The notes: generated by a model from the sequence alone, not told the origin. A DNA stretch of 64,000 bases from Candidatus Microgenomatus sp. (GCA_020724585.1 DYGS01000001.1:486002-550001); one strand, 5' to 3'; numbered from the stretch's first letter, positions 53,451-62,956 are shown. Program-made: numbers and translations.

Positions 53451-54724
53451 TGAATTATTTTTTGACTGGAAAAAAAATAACAGAAAACTTTGTTAACAAC
53501 TTAACTTCAGTTAATAAAAACATTAGTTTTCTTGTAGCAGGAGGATTGGGTTATGATTCAATAAAATATAAAGGGTCTAATACATACGGCGACTATGACT
53601 TTTTGTGTTTGGTTGAAAAACCTGAAGATATAGAATCAATTATTTTTAATAAAGATCTTCTTAGTAAAATGGGGTTTGACTGTAGTAAATCGAAAGACGT
53701 TTACAAAAAGGATATTCAGCTATTTAATCAAGGAGTGATATCAATTATTGGTTACTCCGGAATTGTAGATAGATACAAAACATCAATAAACTTCAGTACT
53801 TATAGTCGAATATCTTCAATGATTTCAAATCCAAATAAGAAATTCTATAAAATAAGGCACGGCGAATGTTTTAATTTGTTTATTGCTAAAGGAACAAATG
53901 GGGATGATTTAATTGTTTGTAGAATATCACCAGAAGTATCATCATTTTATAATGACAGTAAGCTTCATTTTTTAGTACCAAGCGTGGGATGGCTTACAAA
54001 CGGTGATTCAATACATTTAGGTATTTATACCGATATGATTTCAAAGGGGTACGTAGCCTACGACCAGAACAATAAACTAATAAATATACAAAAAACCATA
54101 TGGCAAAAAATGGTGCAACACGCTTCTCCTGAAATCTCATTAAAAAACGAATGGTATAGAATGTTCGCTAGTTCACATTATTTCTCGAAGAGTTTTATAA
54201 CTAGAATTAACAGATCATTAAAAGCTATTGCCTTGAGCATAAATTGCCCGCCGAGTAAAAACTACTCAACAAAGAAAATTCACAACACTCTAGTCACAAT
54301 ATTTGCTGAGAAAAAGTATTATACGCCAGATAAATTGTCTGATAAATCTGCTAAATTAGATTATTTCATTAGAAACGACAAATATTATTCACTCGCACAG
54401 ATTATAAATGATGATTCTAAAGGTAAATTAGACTTTATGAACCAACTACATTATATTAACGCAGAATCAAATAGACTTAGTAATTTAATTTCATTATCAG
54501 CAAATAAGAATGAGATACTTCCTGTAAAAATGGACTGCAAATCTGTATATGTAAATGCAGACGGTAAATTTTACTATTCAAGCAAGACAAGATCTCGGTT
54601 AAATTTACTTGCTCATCTACTAGATTCGAATAAAAAAGATGAAGAAGTTTATTCAAGCTCTTTTTCTGTACTATTCAAACAAATAAACGAGTTGAGGAAT
54701 CAGGTCACAGATTACATTAAATAA
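53450..54724 (+). CDS. Hypothetical protein with possible pol-beta-type nucleotidyltransferase motif
   Basis: The N-terminal FLVAGGLGYDS...GSNTYGDYDFLCLV fits the hG[GS]...[DE]h[DE]h pattern. 424 aa. The rest is unrecognised. Confidence 0.35.
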   Translation: MNYFLTGKKITENFVNNLTSVNKNISFLVAGGLGYDSIKYKGSNTYGDYDFLCLVEKPEDIESIIFNKDLLSKMGFDCSKSKDVYKKDIQLFNQGVISIIGYSGIVDRYKTSINFSTYSRISSMISNPNKKFYKIRHGECFNLFIAKGTNGDDLIVCRISPEVSSFYNDSKLHFLVPSVGWLTNGDSIHLGIYTDMISKGYVAYDQNNKLINIQKTIWQKMVQHASPEISLKNEWYRMFASSHYFSKSFITRINRSLKAIALSINCPPSKNYSTKKIHNTLVTIFAEKKYYTPDKLSDKSAKLDYFIRNDKYYSLAQIINDDSKGKLDFMNQLHYINAESNRLSNLISLSANKNEILPVKMDCKSVYVNADGKFYYSSKTRSRLNLLAHLLDSNKKDEEVYSSSFSVLFKQINELRNQVTDYIK

Positions 54725-54727
54725 AAT

Positions 54728-55879
54728 GTGCGTATGTCAAGTGATATAACTATAAATACTAAATTATATAAACAAATATTTGAGGAAACTACAAATATAC
54801 ACGATGATACAGTCTCAACCGTTGACCATGTTTTTGGCAGCCCTCCTTTAAGACTCATTGATAGCCACTCAAAAATGATAAAGTTTAATTCCGCGACTCC
54901 AATCTTGTGGGATACAACCAAGCCAAATATTGATAAGTACAGAGTTGAATTAATATTGGATCTTGGATTTTTATCATCTAAAAATAATGAGTATCTACTT
55001 TATAACCCGCGAGAATACTATTGTTTATCTGAAACAAGAGATGTTAATTTTAACAAGCAAAGGGAACAGTTGAAATGTATTATGAAACATCCATTCTTAA
55101 ATACTATTTCATCTAGTGATAAACAAAAATATCTTAATAGAGTTGATAAACTAATTAACATCTATTCTGAGTTGTTGCATAATAAAGCCAATTGTAGTGA
55201 TTTTTATATACAGCTGTTATCAGAAATCTATAAACTATTAGGATTCACAGATTTATCAAGTTTTATTAGCAATAAAATGATTTCACAATATAATTCAGGT
55301 CTTATTGACAAATATATTCCGGAAATGATTACCATAACAAAAAATGATGTCTTTGGGTTTTTGAATCTGCTTGATAAAGGGAGTTTCTTTACACCACCTT
55401 ATTTTAGATCAATAAAACCTAATATATATGGAGTTGATAAATTTGATAAAAATGAGGTTATCAAAAATATTGAGTTAATCATTAAGCTACTTCAGAAGAA
55501 AGTTATTTTACCTCACCATTCAATTTATTTTTGGGCTTGGGGTTTGTCTGGAATCAATCATTTTGGTAACGATTACGGCGACTTTACACAGATTGAAGAT
55601 ACACTGTTAAATTTAAATATCAAAAATAACATTTCAAAATTACAATTAACATTACCAAAACAGGATGGTTTGAATTTTGCATTTTTTAAAAATACATGCA
55701 CTTTTTCATCAAAAAAAGCATTGAGCACAACTAAATTTAATGTTAGTAATACAAAACCATCAAGGGCTAGTAATATTTGTTCAATCTATTTAAATTCAGG
55801 GGATCATTTTATTGAATATTGGAATGATTATAAAAATTACAAAAAAATATCTGAGCTAGATATGAAAAATATTGTTTAG
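54728..55879 (+). CDS. Hypothetical protein
   Basis: 383-aa ORF, tightly coupled to the upstream gene (4-bp gap). Confidence 0.35.
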   Translation: MRMSSDITINTKLYKQIFEETTNIHDDTVSTVDHVFGSPPLRLIDSHSKMIKFNSATPILWDTTKPNIDKYRVELILDLGFLSSKNNEYLLYNPREYYCLSETRDVNFNKQREQLKCIMKHPFLNTISSSDKQKYLNRVDKLINIYSELLHNKANCSDFYIQLLSEIYKLLGFTDLSSFISNKMISQYNSGLIDKYIPEMITITKNDVFGFLNLLDKGSFFTPPYFRSIKPNIYGVDKFDKNEVIKNIELIIKLLQKKVILPHHSIYFWAWGLSGINHFGNDYGDFTQIEDTLLNLNIKNNISKLQLTLPKQDGLNFAFFKNTCTFSSKKALSTTKFNVSNTKPSRASNICSIYLNSGDHFIEYWNDYKNYKKISELDMKNIV

Positions 55880-56547
55880 AGCATTCTCAATCTATTAAGT
55901 AACTCTTGATTATTATCTTCTGAAATGGATTTTGCATATCTGGTTACTGTATACGCACGTTTGTATTCGTCCATCTTATCTTGTTCGTTTAATCTAAGCG
56001 CAAGCAATAACCTTATTTTTTCTCTAGGATGAATTTCTTGGTACTCTGTAACTAATACATTCTTGCCTGCTTTCAAAGATTCCAATGCATTTTCTCGGCT
56101 ACTTTTAAATAGTCGGATCGAATAAAAGGTTAGAACATTACCAATTTTAAAATATCTATCTAATGCCTCTTCGTGACCATAATCAAACTCCTCATCTAGT
56201 AATCTACTATCTCTAACTGGCAATGGATAAAAATCAACAAACTCAATTTTATTTTGTCCTAAAAAATTAGCTGGATTTGAATCAATGCCATATCGATCAA
56301 ATTTGAGTTTTGTTAATGCCTGAACAATTTCAGAAATGTTTCTAGACTCTTTGGAAGCTATCACGTCTTGTTCAAAAACTAAAGAATTATCAACAAATCT
56401 TACATTTGTTGTGGGTGAACTTATCCCTACATCCCCCAACCAATCTCTATACCCCTGTAATTCATTTTTAATTACTTCATATGCATATTCTGTTGCTGGA
56501 ACTCTTTTATATATAGTCTGATTGTCTATATGAATTTCAGCCCTCAT
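55876..56547 (-). CDS. Hypothetical protein
   Basis: 223 aa. Overlaps the upstream P-loop gene by 11 bp. Confidence 0.35.
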   Translation of the reverse strand: MRAEIHIDNQTIYKRVPATEYAYEVIKNELQGYRDWLGDVGISSPTTNVRFVDNSLVFEQDVIASKESRNISEIVQALTKLKFDRYGIDSNPANFLGQNKIEFVDFYPLPVRDSRLLDEEFDYGHEEALDRYFKIGNVLTFYSIRLFKSSRENALESLKAGKNVLVTEYQEIHPREKIRLLLALRLNEQDKMDEYKRAYTVTRYAKSISEDNNQELLNRLRML

Positions 56548-57118
56548 AGTATTTTAGTTTGTCATCCAGTAAATTTTCTAGATGAGCCTCTGTTTTTAAG
56601 AGGGTCTCTTGAAAATTACCATTGTTTTGAATTAATTTGAATTTTTTATTCTGATGATATTTTACGTTCTTGATGCCGTGTTCCTTAATTGATCGTTTAA
56701 AATGTGTGTTAGGATATTCACCACGAACATATATTATCTCCTCTTCTACATCTAATATTACACCGCCAATAACTTTTTCATTCGAGGTTAAATACTGGGT
56801 GTCTGTTTGAACTCCGTCAAATATAGCGTTAACTCCAGTTGAATCGTATGAATCAATCATAAAATCAATAGCTTTATTGAAAATAATATTAGCTTCATTG
56901 TGTTCAAAATTCTCTAATTGATTAACAGGTATGTCTGGCCTAAAAAAACGTAGCAGTTTGCTAATAATGCCTAAGTTAACTGACTGATAAAAATCATATT
57001 TCTTAATAATCTCTTTTGTTAAGGCTGTCTTGCCCGTTGAATTATTCCCAGTTATAAAAAAGATAACAGGTGCACCTTTTTGATTGAGTTTTTTTATTTT
57101 ATCGTTTATTTCGCTCAT
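56537..57118 (-). CDS. P-loop NTPase/kinase-like protein
   Basis: Walker A FFITGNNSTGKTAL. 193 aa, the size of small nucleoside/nucleotide kinases or zeta-toxin-like kinases. Confidence 0.45.
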   Translation of the reverse strand: MSEINDKIKKLNQKGAPVIFFITGNNSTGKTALTKEIIKKYDFYQSVNLGIISKLLRFFRPDIPVNQLENFEHNEANIIFNKAIDFMIDSYDSTGVNAIFDGVQTDTQYLTSNEKVIGGVILDVEEEIIYVRGEYPNTHFKRSIKEHGIKNVKYHQNKKFKLIQNNGNFQETLLKTEAHLENLLDDKLKYYEG

Positions 57119-57164
57119 AATTTAAATTATACAGTAATAATTACGTTTGTGATAAAATCTAAAT

Positions 57165-57797
57165 ATGAATTTATATTTAGTTAGACATGGCAAAACTGAT
57201 GCAAAAGAAAATAACAAAAAACAAGATCCTACAACACCTTTAAGTGTCGAGGGCATAAAACAAGCTGAGGCTGTAGCCGATAGACTTTTAAAAGAGCAAG
57301 TAGACGTACTTATTTCAAGCAAATGGGACAGGGCATACCAAACTGCAGAATTTATATCTAAAAAACTTAGTCTTGATTTAACTACCACTGAAGGGATACA
57401 AGAAAAAGAACACAATCCAATTATCTATGGCGTAGATCGAAATAGTGAAGTATTTAAGAAGTTTAATGAAGAATCTGAAACTTTAGGTAACAACCTAGAT
57501 TGGAAATTTGAAGGCAAGGGTGAATCTGTTAGAGATTTGATTAACAGAGCGATTAAATTTCAAAAGTATCTAATTGATAATTATTCAGATAAAAATGTAT
57601 TAGTTGTAAGTCATGGACAATTTATTCGAGCCTTTACGATTATTTCTCTATTAGGTTTAGACTACAACGATGAAACATTTTATAAATTATATACAAGCAT
57701 ATCTCCAAGCAATACAGGAATAACACATTTTGAATATGATACAGAAAGAGACCATTGGGAACTTGTTTATTTTAATGACCATCTTCATATTAGATAA
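57165..57797 (+). CDS. Histidine phosphatase (phosphoglycerate-mutase-like) family protein
   Basis: LYLVRHGKT (RHG catalytic motif). 210 aa. Confidence 0.75.
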   Translation: MNLYLVRHGKTDAKENNKKQDPTTPLSVEGIKQAEAVADRLLKEQVDVLISSKWDRAYQTAEFISKKLSLDLTTTEGIQEKEHNPIIYGVDRNSEVFKKFNEESETLGNNLDWKFEGKGESVRDLINRAIKFQKYLIDNYSDKNVLVVSHGQFIRAFTIISLLGLDYNDETFYKLYTSISPSNTGITHFEYDTERDHWELVYFNDHLHIR

Positions 57798-57800
57798 ATC

Positions 57801-58541
57801 CTAAATTGTAGTTGTTGGAGCAGGGGTTGGTTCCATGGTTGAAACAACTGTAGGAATAGGAGTGGATGTTTCAGTTGGCTTTGGTGTTGGAGTAACTGTA
57901 GGAATTGGTACTGGTGTTGTTGATAATACTTCAAGATCTTGTATATCTTCAACTTCAAGTACTTTGTTTTTTGAATCATATGTACCTACTGCAAGTATTC
58001 TTTTTCCAACAAGAGAATTTAAATTAAAACCAATTGGTATTTCAAGAGTTACCGCTTCTGTAGAAGTAGTAATTAAATAGAATTTAACAGGATTAGTATT
58101 TGTTTTTGTTAATGTTCCTTTTAATGCAGTATCTTTTAGTAACTCAGGTTGTGGAGTTGGGGTTTTATTAGTGACAATTGCACTGTTAAATTTAAGGTTA
58201 GGAAAGAACATTGGAAAAACAACTCCTCCTAACCCAAATACTCCTGAAAATATAATTAAGGCTAGACCAAAAATTGTTAGTGGTTTAACCTTAATTTTCA
58301 TCTCTAACCCTTCATTTGCAAGTATTCTTTTCCACCAGTATTTAATATATACAAGTGGATTAGTTACTTTTAAATTAACAAGATCAGGTGGATTAGTAGT
58401 GTTTACACTTGTTGGGTTGTTTGTAGTTATTGTAATTGGTGGTAGTTTAGTTACATCTTCTTTTGGAACAAACTTTCCGTCAGCATCACGTTTCTGATTC
58501 TTTGCAATATTACTTCTAATTGGATCAACTGTTTCATCCAT
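57801..58541 (-). CDS. Secreted/membrane-anchored hypothetical protein with Thr/Pro-rich C-terminal tail
   Basis: One TM helix. C-terminus ...PVPIPTVTPTPKPTETSTPIPTVVSTMEPTPAPTTTI. Confidence 0.35.
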   Translation of the reverse strand: MDETVDPIRSNIAKNQKRDADGKFVPKEDVTKLPPITITTNNPTSVNTTNPPDLVNLKVTNPLVYIKYWWKRILANEGLEMKIKVKPLTIFGLALIIFSGVFGLGGVVFPMFFPNLKFNSAIVTNKTPTPQPELLKDTALKGTLTKTNTNPVKFYLITTSTEAVTLEIPIGFNLNSLVGKRILAVGTYDSKNKVLEVEDIQDLEVLSTTPVPIPTVTPTPKPTETSTPIPTVVSTMEPTPAPTTTI

Positions 58542-58619
58542 ACAATATAAATATATTCCTGTAGAAATTAAGAAGCAATGGCAATTTAAAAAGGTATATA
58601 ATAAATTTATTCATAGACA

Positions 58620-59117
58620 ATGAAACTAAACAAAATACATATATTCTTATTGATATCCTTTGCTTTTATTGCCATTTTATTTTCAACCTCAAATGTTTCT
58701 GCAGGTGGTGGTCCACAATTTGTTTGTAAAGAAATGGCTCAAAAACAAGGATGGTTAATTGATGACACAAAGTTTGATGAAGATTTATCTAGTAATGCTT
58801 GTATTTCAAGAAACCCAACAACTGAAGAAAAAGATAAAATTTTTGAATTTTGTAAGGCAGAACCAAAAGGAGAATTTAGGATTGATTGTTTAGATAAATG
58901 TAGAAAGTATTATTCTGACACTACATTTCGTGAATGTAGTAAAAATGAAATTAGCTCAATAAAATCTGCGATGTTTACATCTAAGGCTAAGAGTATTTTT
59001 AATAGACAATTAACATTAACAGAAACAATTGTTGTTGCTTTTGTGGTTGTTTTAATCTTCTACTTAATTGTTTCCTTATTTAAAAGTAAAAAATCTTCAA
59101 ATAAACAAAGTGTCTAA
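58620..59117 (+). CDS. Hypothetical secreted protein with C-terminal membrane anchor
   Basis: Signal peptide. Cys-rich. C-terminal TM helix. Confidence 0.35.
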   Translation: MKLNKIHIFLLISFAFIAILFSTSNVSAGGGPQFVCKEMAQKQGWLIDDTKFDEDLSSNACISRNPTTEEKDKIFEFCKAEPKGEFRIDCLDKCRKYYSDTTFRECSKNEISSIKSAMFTSKAKSIFNRQLTLTETIVVAFVVVLIFYLIVSLFKSKKSSNKQSV

Positions 59118-59511
59118 TAACTGTTCCGTCCTGCCCTATACATTGGCCAAAGGCCAACCACACCTGTAAGCTCTGGAGTGTTTTTGTGTTGGGCAGGATT
59201 CCCTGTTAAGGGAATATTTCAGGAGCAATGATTTTGTTGTTCTGCCTTCTAACCAAGTGCTGTGCCAAAGGCACTTTGTAGCTGTTTTCTAGCACTTGGT
59301 TTAGTTGCCCTAAATGGGCAAATTGCGACTGAAATTGTTCTAGTTTTAGGTACTTTAACGGTAACGGTAGCCGTTACCGTCAGCCGTCAACCGTCATACG
59401 GTAGTTTGGCCGAAAATACGGCTATTTGACGGATTCTGTAAAGTACCTGACGGGTATCCGTCAAGCCCTTCATAAGGGCTAACTACAAATAATCCCCTTT
59501 TCCTTAAAGTG
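59118..59511. ncRNA. Candidate structured non-coding RNA, identity undetermined, contiguous with repeat copy 2
   Basis: ~400 bp with no ORF. GC-rich relative to the flanks. It contains many perfect local stems: cctgccc/gggcagg, accaagtgct/agcacttggt, gtgcc-aaa-ggcac, and ggtaacggtagccgttacc. It is contiguous with the duplicated GC-rich 267-bp segment at 59512..59778. Confidence 0.35.
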
Positions 59512-59778
59512 GGTAAGCGGAAGGCCGGAACGAGCGAAGCGAGTGGAGGCCTGGAGCGCACACACGATATGGGTTAGCGAAGCTCCGCGAAGCGGAGCTG
59601 AGCGGGAACCCGATGCTCCGCAACAATTCCTTCCCCTTTAACCCCTCCCTTGTTGCTCCGCTCACACATCAAAATTTTGTGGTAAACAAGTTTGTCACTT
59701 TCGTGATAAAATATGCTTTGTACTTTAGAAATTTTGAATAAAATAAGTTCGTGCCTTTTCATACAAAGGCACAAAAAC
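59512..59778. repeat. 267-bp GC-rich repeat, copy 2 (inverted relative to 38763..39030)
   Basis: Reverse complement of copy 1. Contains mutually exclusive helices GCTCCGC-gaa-GCGGAGC and GCGGAGC-n16-GCTCCGC. Confidence 0.9.
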
Positions 59779-62363
59779 TAATGTTTGGTGTCTCTTGAGA
59801 AAAATCTAATTCTGTCGCCTTTGAAGTAAAGCGGAATTGAAGCCAGCGGGCCGTTTCTGTGTTTGGCAATATCCAAAACCACATTTTCCAAATTCTCATC
59901 ATCTTCGCGCCACAAAAACATAACCACATCTGCATCCTGTTCGATGCTATTGTGAACTATGATATTATTCGCTACAAAATTAGAATTTTTTGGCACGGTT
60001 GCGTCATATACTTTTCTAACTCCTACATATTCAATTTCTTTGACTTCGTCCCAATATATGTCAGAATTCGCTAATAACTTTAACTTCTCATTTTTTATTT
60101 TTGAATAAATCTGCATAAGTCTTCTCCTACTTATTCCATTCCCAAATCTTTGTGTTCCGCTGTAAGCCCACCCCATAAGCTTATGAAATTCTCTATGTGT
60201 CATATTCTTCTCTTTAACTACCATTTTAATTAAGCTCCAAACCTCTTTTGGAATAACATCATTATTAGGATTTTCTATTATATTTCGTAAAAATTTAATT
60301 GCTTCTTTTACTTTTTCATTTTTTTTACCAACACAACCTATTTCGTTTAAAAATTTCAATTGACTTTCTTTTCCATAAATATTGATATTAAACACATCTT
60401 TGTGTCCCTTATTAATAGATTTTGATATCTTGGAGATAATTCCTAGCCGAGTTAATAAGTATTGAATTTGAGAGACAAGAGTATAACTATTTGAAGCGTA
60501 GTAGACTGTAACTTTAGATTTTTTCTTACCAACTTGTGTATGGATACAACCATCTGTTGCCCATAAATGCTTTAAAAATAATTTAATTTTAGTGTTATCC
60601 AAATTCATAACTTCATCGGGTATTAACTTTTGGTATGAATGATGACCATATATTTTTAGGTCTCTAAACCACCTAACGATTGGATTATGTCTACCTCTTG
60701 CCAATTTTCCTTTTGAAGATAAATAAAGGTGATACCAACTTTTTTGTTTAATCACCCTTGGGTTAATTTCAAACTCATCTAATGCTGCTTTTTTAAGAAT
60801 ATTAATTAAACTCATATCTGAATTTGTATAATGTAAAGGTTGACCTTCTACATAACAACCATCACCAATCATGTGAGCTAAAACAATTAGATTGCTGTCT
60901 GAAATGTTTCCCGTACCCTTAACATTAATTACTCGAGGAACGGCTATACGATCACCTATCTCCAACTTATCTAATCTTTGCCATTGTTCAAATTTCAAAA
61001 ATTTGTGATTTCCAGAGGCCACAATTTCTCTTCCACTTTTTAGTTTTAGTTTATATACCTTTTTTCTGCCACTATTAAAAACTTTAGTGACTTTTGATGG
61101 TACTAATTTCATATCTTCATTTAAGGATATAATTTCAAAGTTATCCTTACCCACAAGCTCGTCAATTCTTATTTGTTTACCTGTTGGATAAATTGTTACA
61201 AGACTATCTCCTAATAGGCATCCGCTCTCGCGAAGGTCAGAAAGTTGTGGTTTTTTAATATTTCTTGATTCCACTCCTCGAGACAGCTGTGACAATGCCA
61301 AAACAGGAACCTTAAGTTCTCTGGCTAAGTTTTTTAAACCCTGTGAAATTTCTGATACTTCTTGAACCCTATTTTCCAAATTCCTGCTTCGAGCAAGCTG
61401 GAGATAATCAACCACAATTAAATCAACTCCATGCTCTACCTGCAATCTCCTTGCCTTTGTTCTCATTTCAAGAATTGACAGAGCGGGAGTATCGTCTATA
61501 AAAAGCGGTGCTTCGGCCAAAACCCCCATGGCTGTTGAGAGTTTGGCAAAATCATCTTCCGACAGTTTACCTGTTTTTAACTTCCAAGCATCAATATCTG
61601 CCTGACTCACCAATAATCTATCAACCAATTCCTCCCTGCTCATTTCAAGTGAGAAAAAGCCAACAGGTCTTTTGGTCAAAACCGAAACATTTTGAGCAAT
61701 TGAAAGAGCCATTGTGGTTTTTCCAACACCTGGCCGTGCTGCCAGAATTATTAAATTACTTTTCTGCATTCCCGCAAGAGCACTATCCAGATCGGCAAAA
61801 CCAGTCGCGACCCCTCTTAAACCCTCCCCTTGCTTCTGCAGTTCATCAAGTCTATCAAAACTTTCTGCTAGAGTGTCTCTAACTGATGTAAATGCGCTTT
61901 TGATGGTCTTTTGCGAAAGAGAAAAAATTTCGCTTTCTGCTTTGTCTAATAATTCTTCAGATGAAACCCCAACATCAGTTGACATGCCTACAAGTTTTGT
62001 TGCCGACTTCAATAAGCTTCTCTTTATTGCAGTATCTTTAACAATTCTGCCGTAATGCTCAACATGAGCGCTGGTTGGAACTTTATTAACTATGTCCGTC
62101 AAATACGAAGCGCCGCCTATTATTTTTAAATCTTTTCTTTTTTTAAGCCTTTCAGTAACTGTCAAAACATCAACAGGCACTCTCTCTTCATACAAAGAAA
62201 GCATTGCCTCAAATATTTTTTTGTGGCGGTCATCATAAAAATCATCCGGCGACAAAAATTCAGAAACAGCAATTACTGCATCTTTATCCAAAAGAAGTGC
62301 TCCCAAAACACTTTGTTCAGCATCTACACTGTGGGGTGAGGTCTTAATATCAATATCAGCCAT
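59778..62363 (-). CDS. dnaB: Replicative DNA helicase DnaB containing a 424-aa intein
   Basis: DnaB N-domain and Walker A (ARPGVGKTTMALS). The host motif SDLRESG is interrupted by CLLGDSLV...IIVHN, then resumes SIEQDADVVMFL. The extein totals 437 aa. Confidence 0.95.
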   Translation of the reverse strand: MADIDIKTSPHSVDAEQSVLGALLLDKDAVIAVSEFLSPDDFYDDRHKKIFEAMLSLYEERVPVDVLTVTERLKKRKDLKIIGGASYLTDIVNKVPTSAHVEHYGRIVKDTAIKRSLLKSATKLVGMSTDVGVSSEELLDKAESEIFSLSQKTIKSAFTSVRDTLAESFDRLDELQKQGEGLRGVATGFADLDSALAGMQKSNLIILAARPGVGKTTMALSIAQNVSVLTKRPVGFFSLEMSREELVDRLLVSQADIDAWKLKTGKLSEDDFAKLSTAMGVLAEAPLFIDDTPALSILEMRTKARRLQVEHGVDLIVVDYLQLARSRNLENRVQEVSEISQGLKNLARELKVPVLALSQLSRGVESRNIKKPQLSDLRESGCLLGDSLVTIYPTGKQIRIDELVGKDNFEIISLNEDMKLVPSKVTKVFNSGRKKVYKLKLKSGREIVASGNHKFLKFEQWQRLDKLEIGDRIAVPRVINVKGTGNISDSNLIVLAHMIGDGCYVEGQPLHYTNSDMSLINILKKAALDEFEINPRVIKQKSWYHLYLSSKGKLARGRHNPIVRWFRDLKIYGHHSYQKLIPDEVMNLDNTKIKLFLKHLWATDGCIHTQVGKKKSKVTVYYASNSYTLVSQIQYLLTRLGIISKISKSINKGHKDVFNINIYGKESQLKFLNEIGCVGKKNEKVKEAIKFLRNIIENPNNDVIPKEVWSLIKMVVKEKNMTHREFHKLMGWAYSGTQRFGNGISRRRLMQIYSKIKNEKLKLLANSDIYWDEVKEIEYVGVRKVYDATVPKNSNFVANNIIVHNSIEQDADVVMFLWREDDENLENVVLDIAKHRNGPLASIPLYFKGDRIRFFSRDTKH
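59949..61220 (-). mobile_element. Intein (Cys1 ... His-Asn, +1 Ser) with LAGLIDADG homing-endonuclease domain inside dnaB
   Basis: Splice junctions ESG|C and HN|S. Internal LAGLIDADG-type motifs (LIVLAHMIGDGCYVEG; LKHLWATDGCIHTQ). Coordinates come from codon counting: Cys382 at 61220..61218 and Asn805 at 59951..59949. Confidence 0.85.
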
Positions 62364-62414
62364 AAAATTATTTAAAAATGGGGCAGGACAAAAATGGAAT
62401 CTAGCAAATAAAAG

Positions 62415-62918
62415 CTAGAATTCTAAAACAACAATTTGAGTTGGCATATCCTCAATTATTTCTTCCTTCTTAAGGCTAAATTTGGGCATTTGGTTAACTA
62501 CTAAGCCGCTTTCTTTTAAAAATTTGTCAAGGGAATCAGTGTTCCCATTAATGACTATTGGCAAAACAAAATAAGGTTCAATCTGCTGCATTATTTCAAT
62601 TGATTTGCTATGGGTTCCAAGAAGCAATACATCAATGTCGCCAAGCTGTTGAAGCTTATTCTCATTAAGTTTCTCAGAAATTGCCGTTAAATTGGCAATT
62701 CTTAAGTTATCAACCTCATAAACAAAAGCTGTCCCTTCCCCATCAGTTACTCCAATAACCGAGATTCCCGAAACTTCGTACTCCCCTGCGCCCCCGAAGC
62801 GCTTGGCATTATCTTCGCCTAGAGAAGATATTTCAAAGCCGTCTTTTCCAAGAATGGCTTGTAAAATCCCTGTCTTTCCCTTTATACGAATAGCACCATT
62901 TTTAATGACAATTTCCAT
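62415..62918 (-). CDS. Hypothetical protein
   Basis: 167-aa ORF upstream of dnaB. No motif confidently recognised. Confidence 0.35.
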   Translation of the reverse strand: MEIVIKNGAIRIKGKTGILQAILGKDGFEISSLGEDNAKRFGGAGEYEVSGISVIGVTDGEGTAFVYEVDNLRIANLTAISEKLNENKLQQLGDIDVLLLGTHSKSIEIMQQIEPYFVLPIVINGNTDSLDKFLKESGLVVNQMPKFSLKKEEIIEDMPTQIVVLEF

Positions 62919-62956
62919 ACATCTACTTTATATCCTATATCCCCTTCCTTGACAAG

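Noticed and set aside
59118-59783. Assignment of the structured region as RNase P RNA or tmRNA
   Set aside because: No tRNA-like T-arm/CCA or tag reading frame was found, so tmRNA is unlikely. Only fragmentary similarity to RNase P conserved regions was seen: no clear GGAAAGUCCGGGCUCC P4 strand in either orientation. Identity is left open pending a covariance-model search.
62415-62918. Possible ribosomal protein L9 or MBL-fold hydrolase upstream of dnaB
   Set aside because: The N-terminus does not match the L9 pattern and no HxHxDH metallo-beta-lactamase motif is present. It is left as hypothetical.
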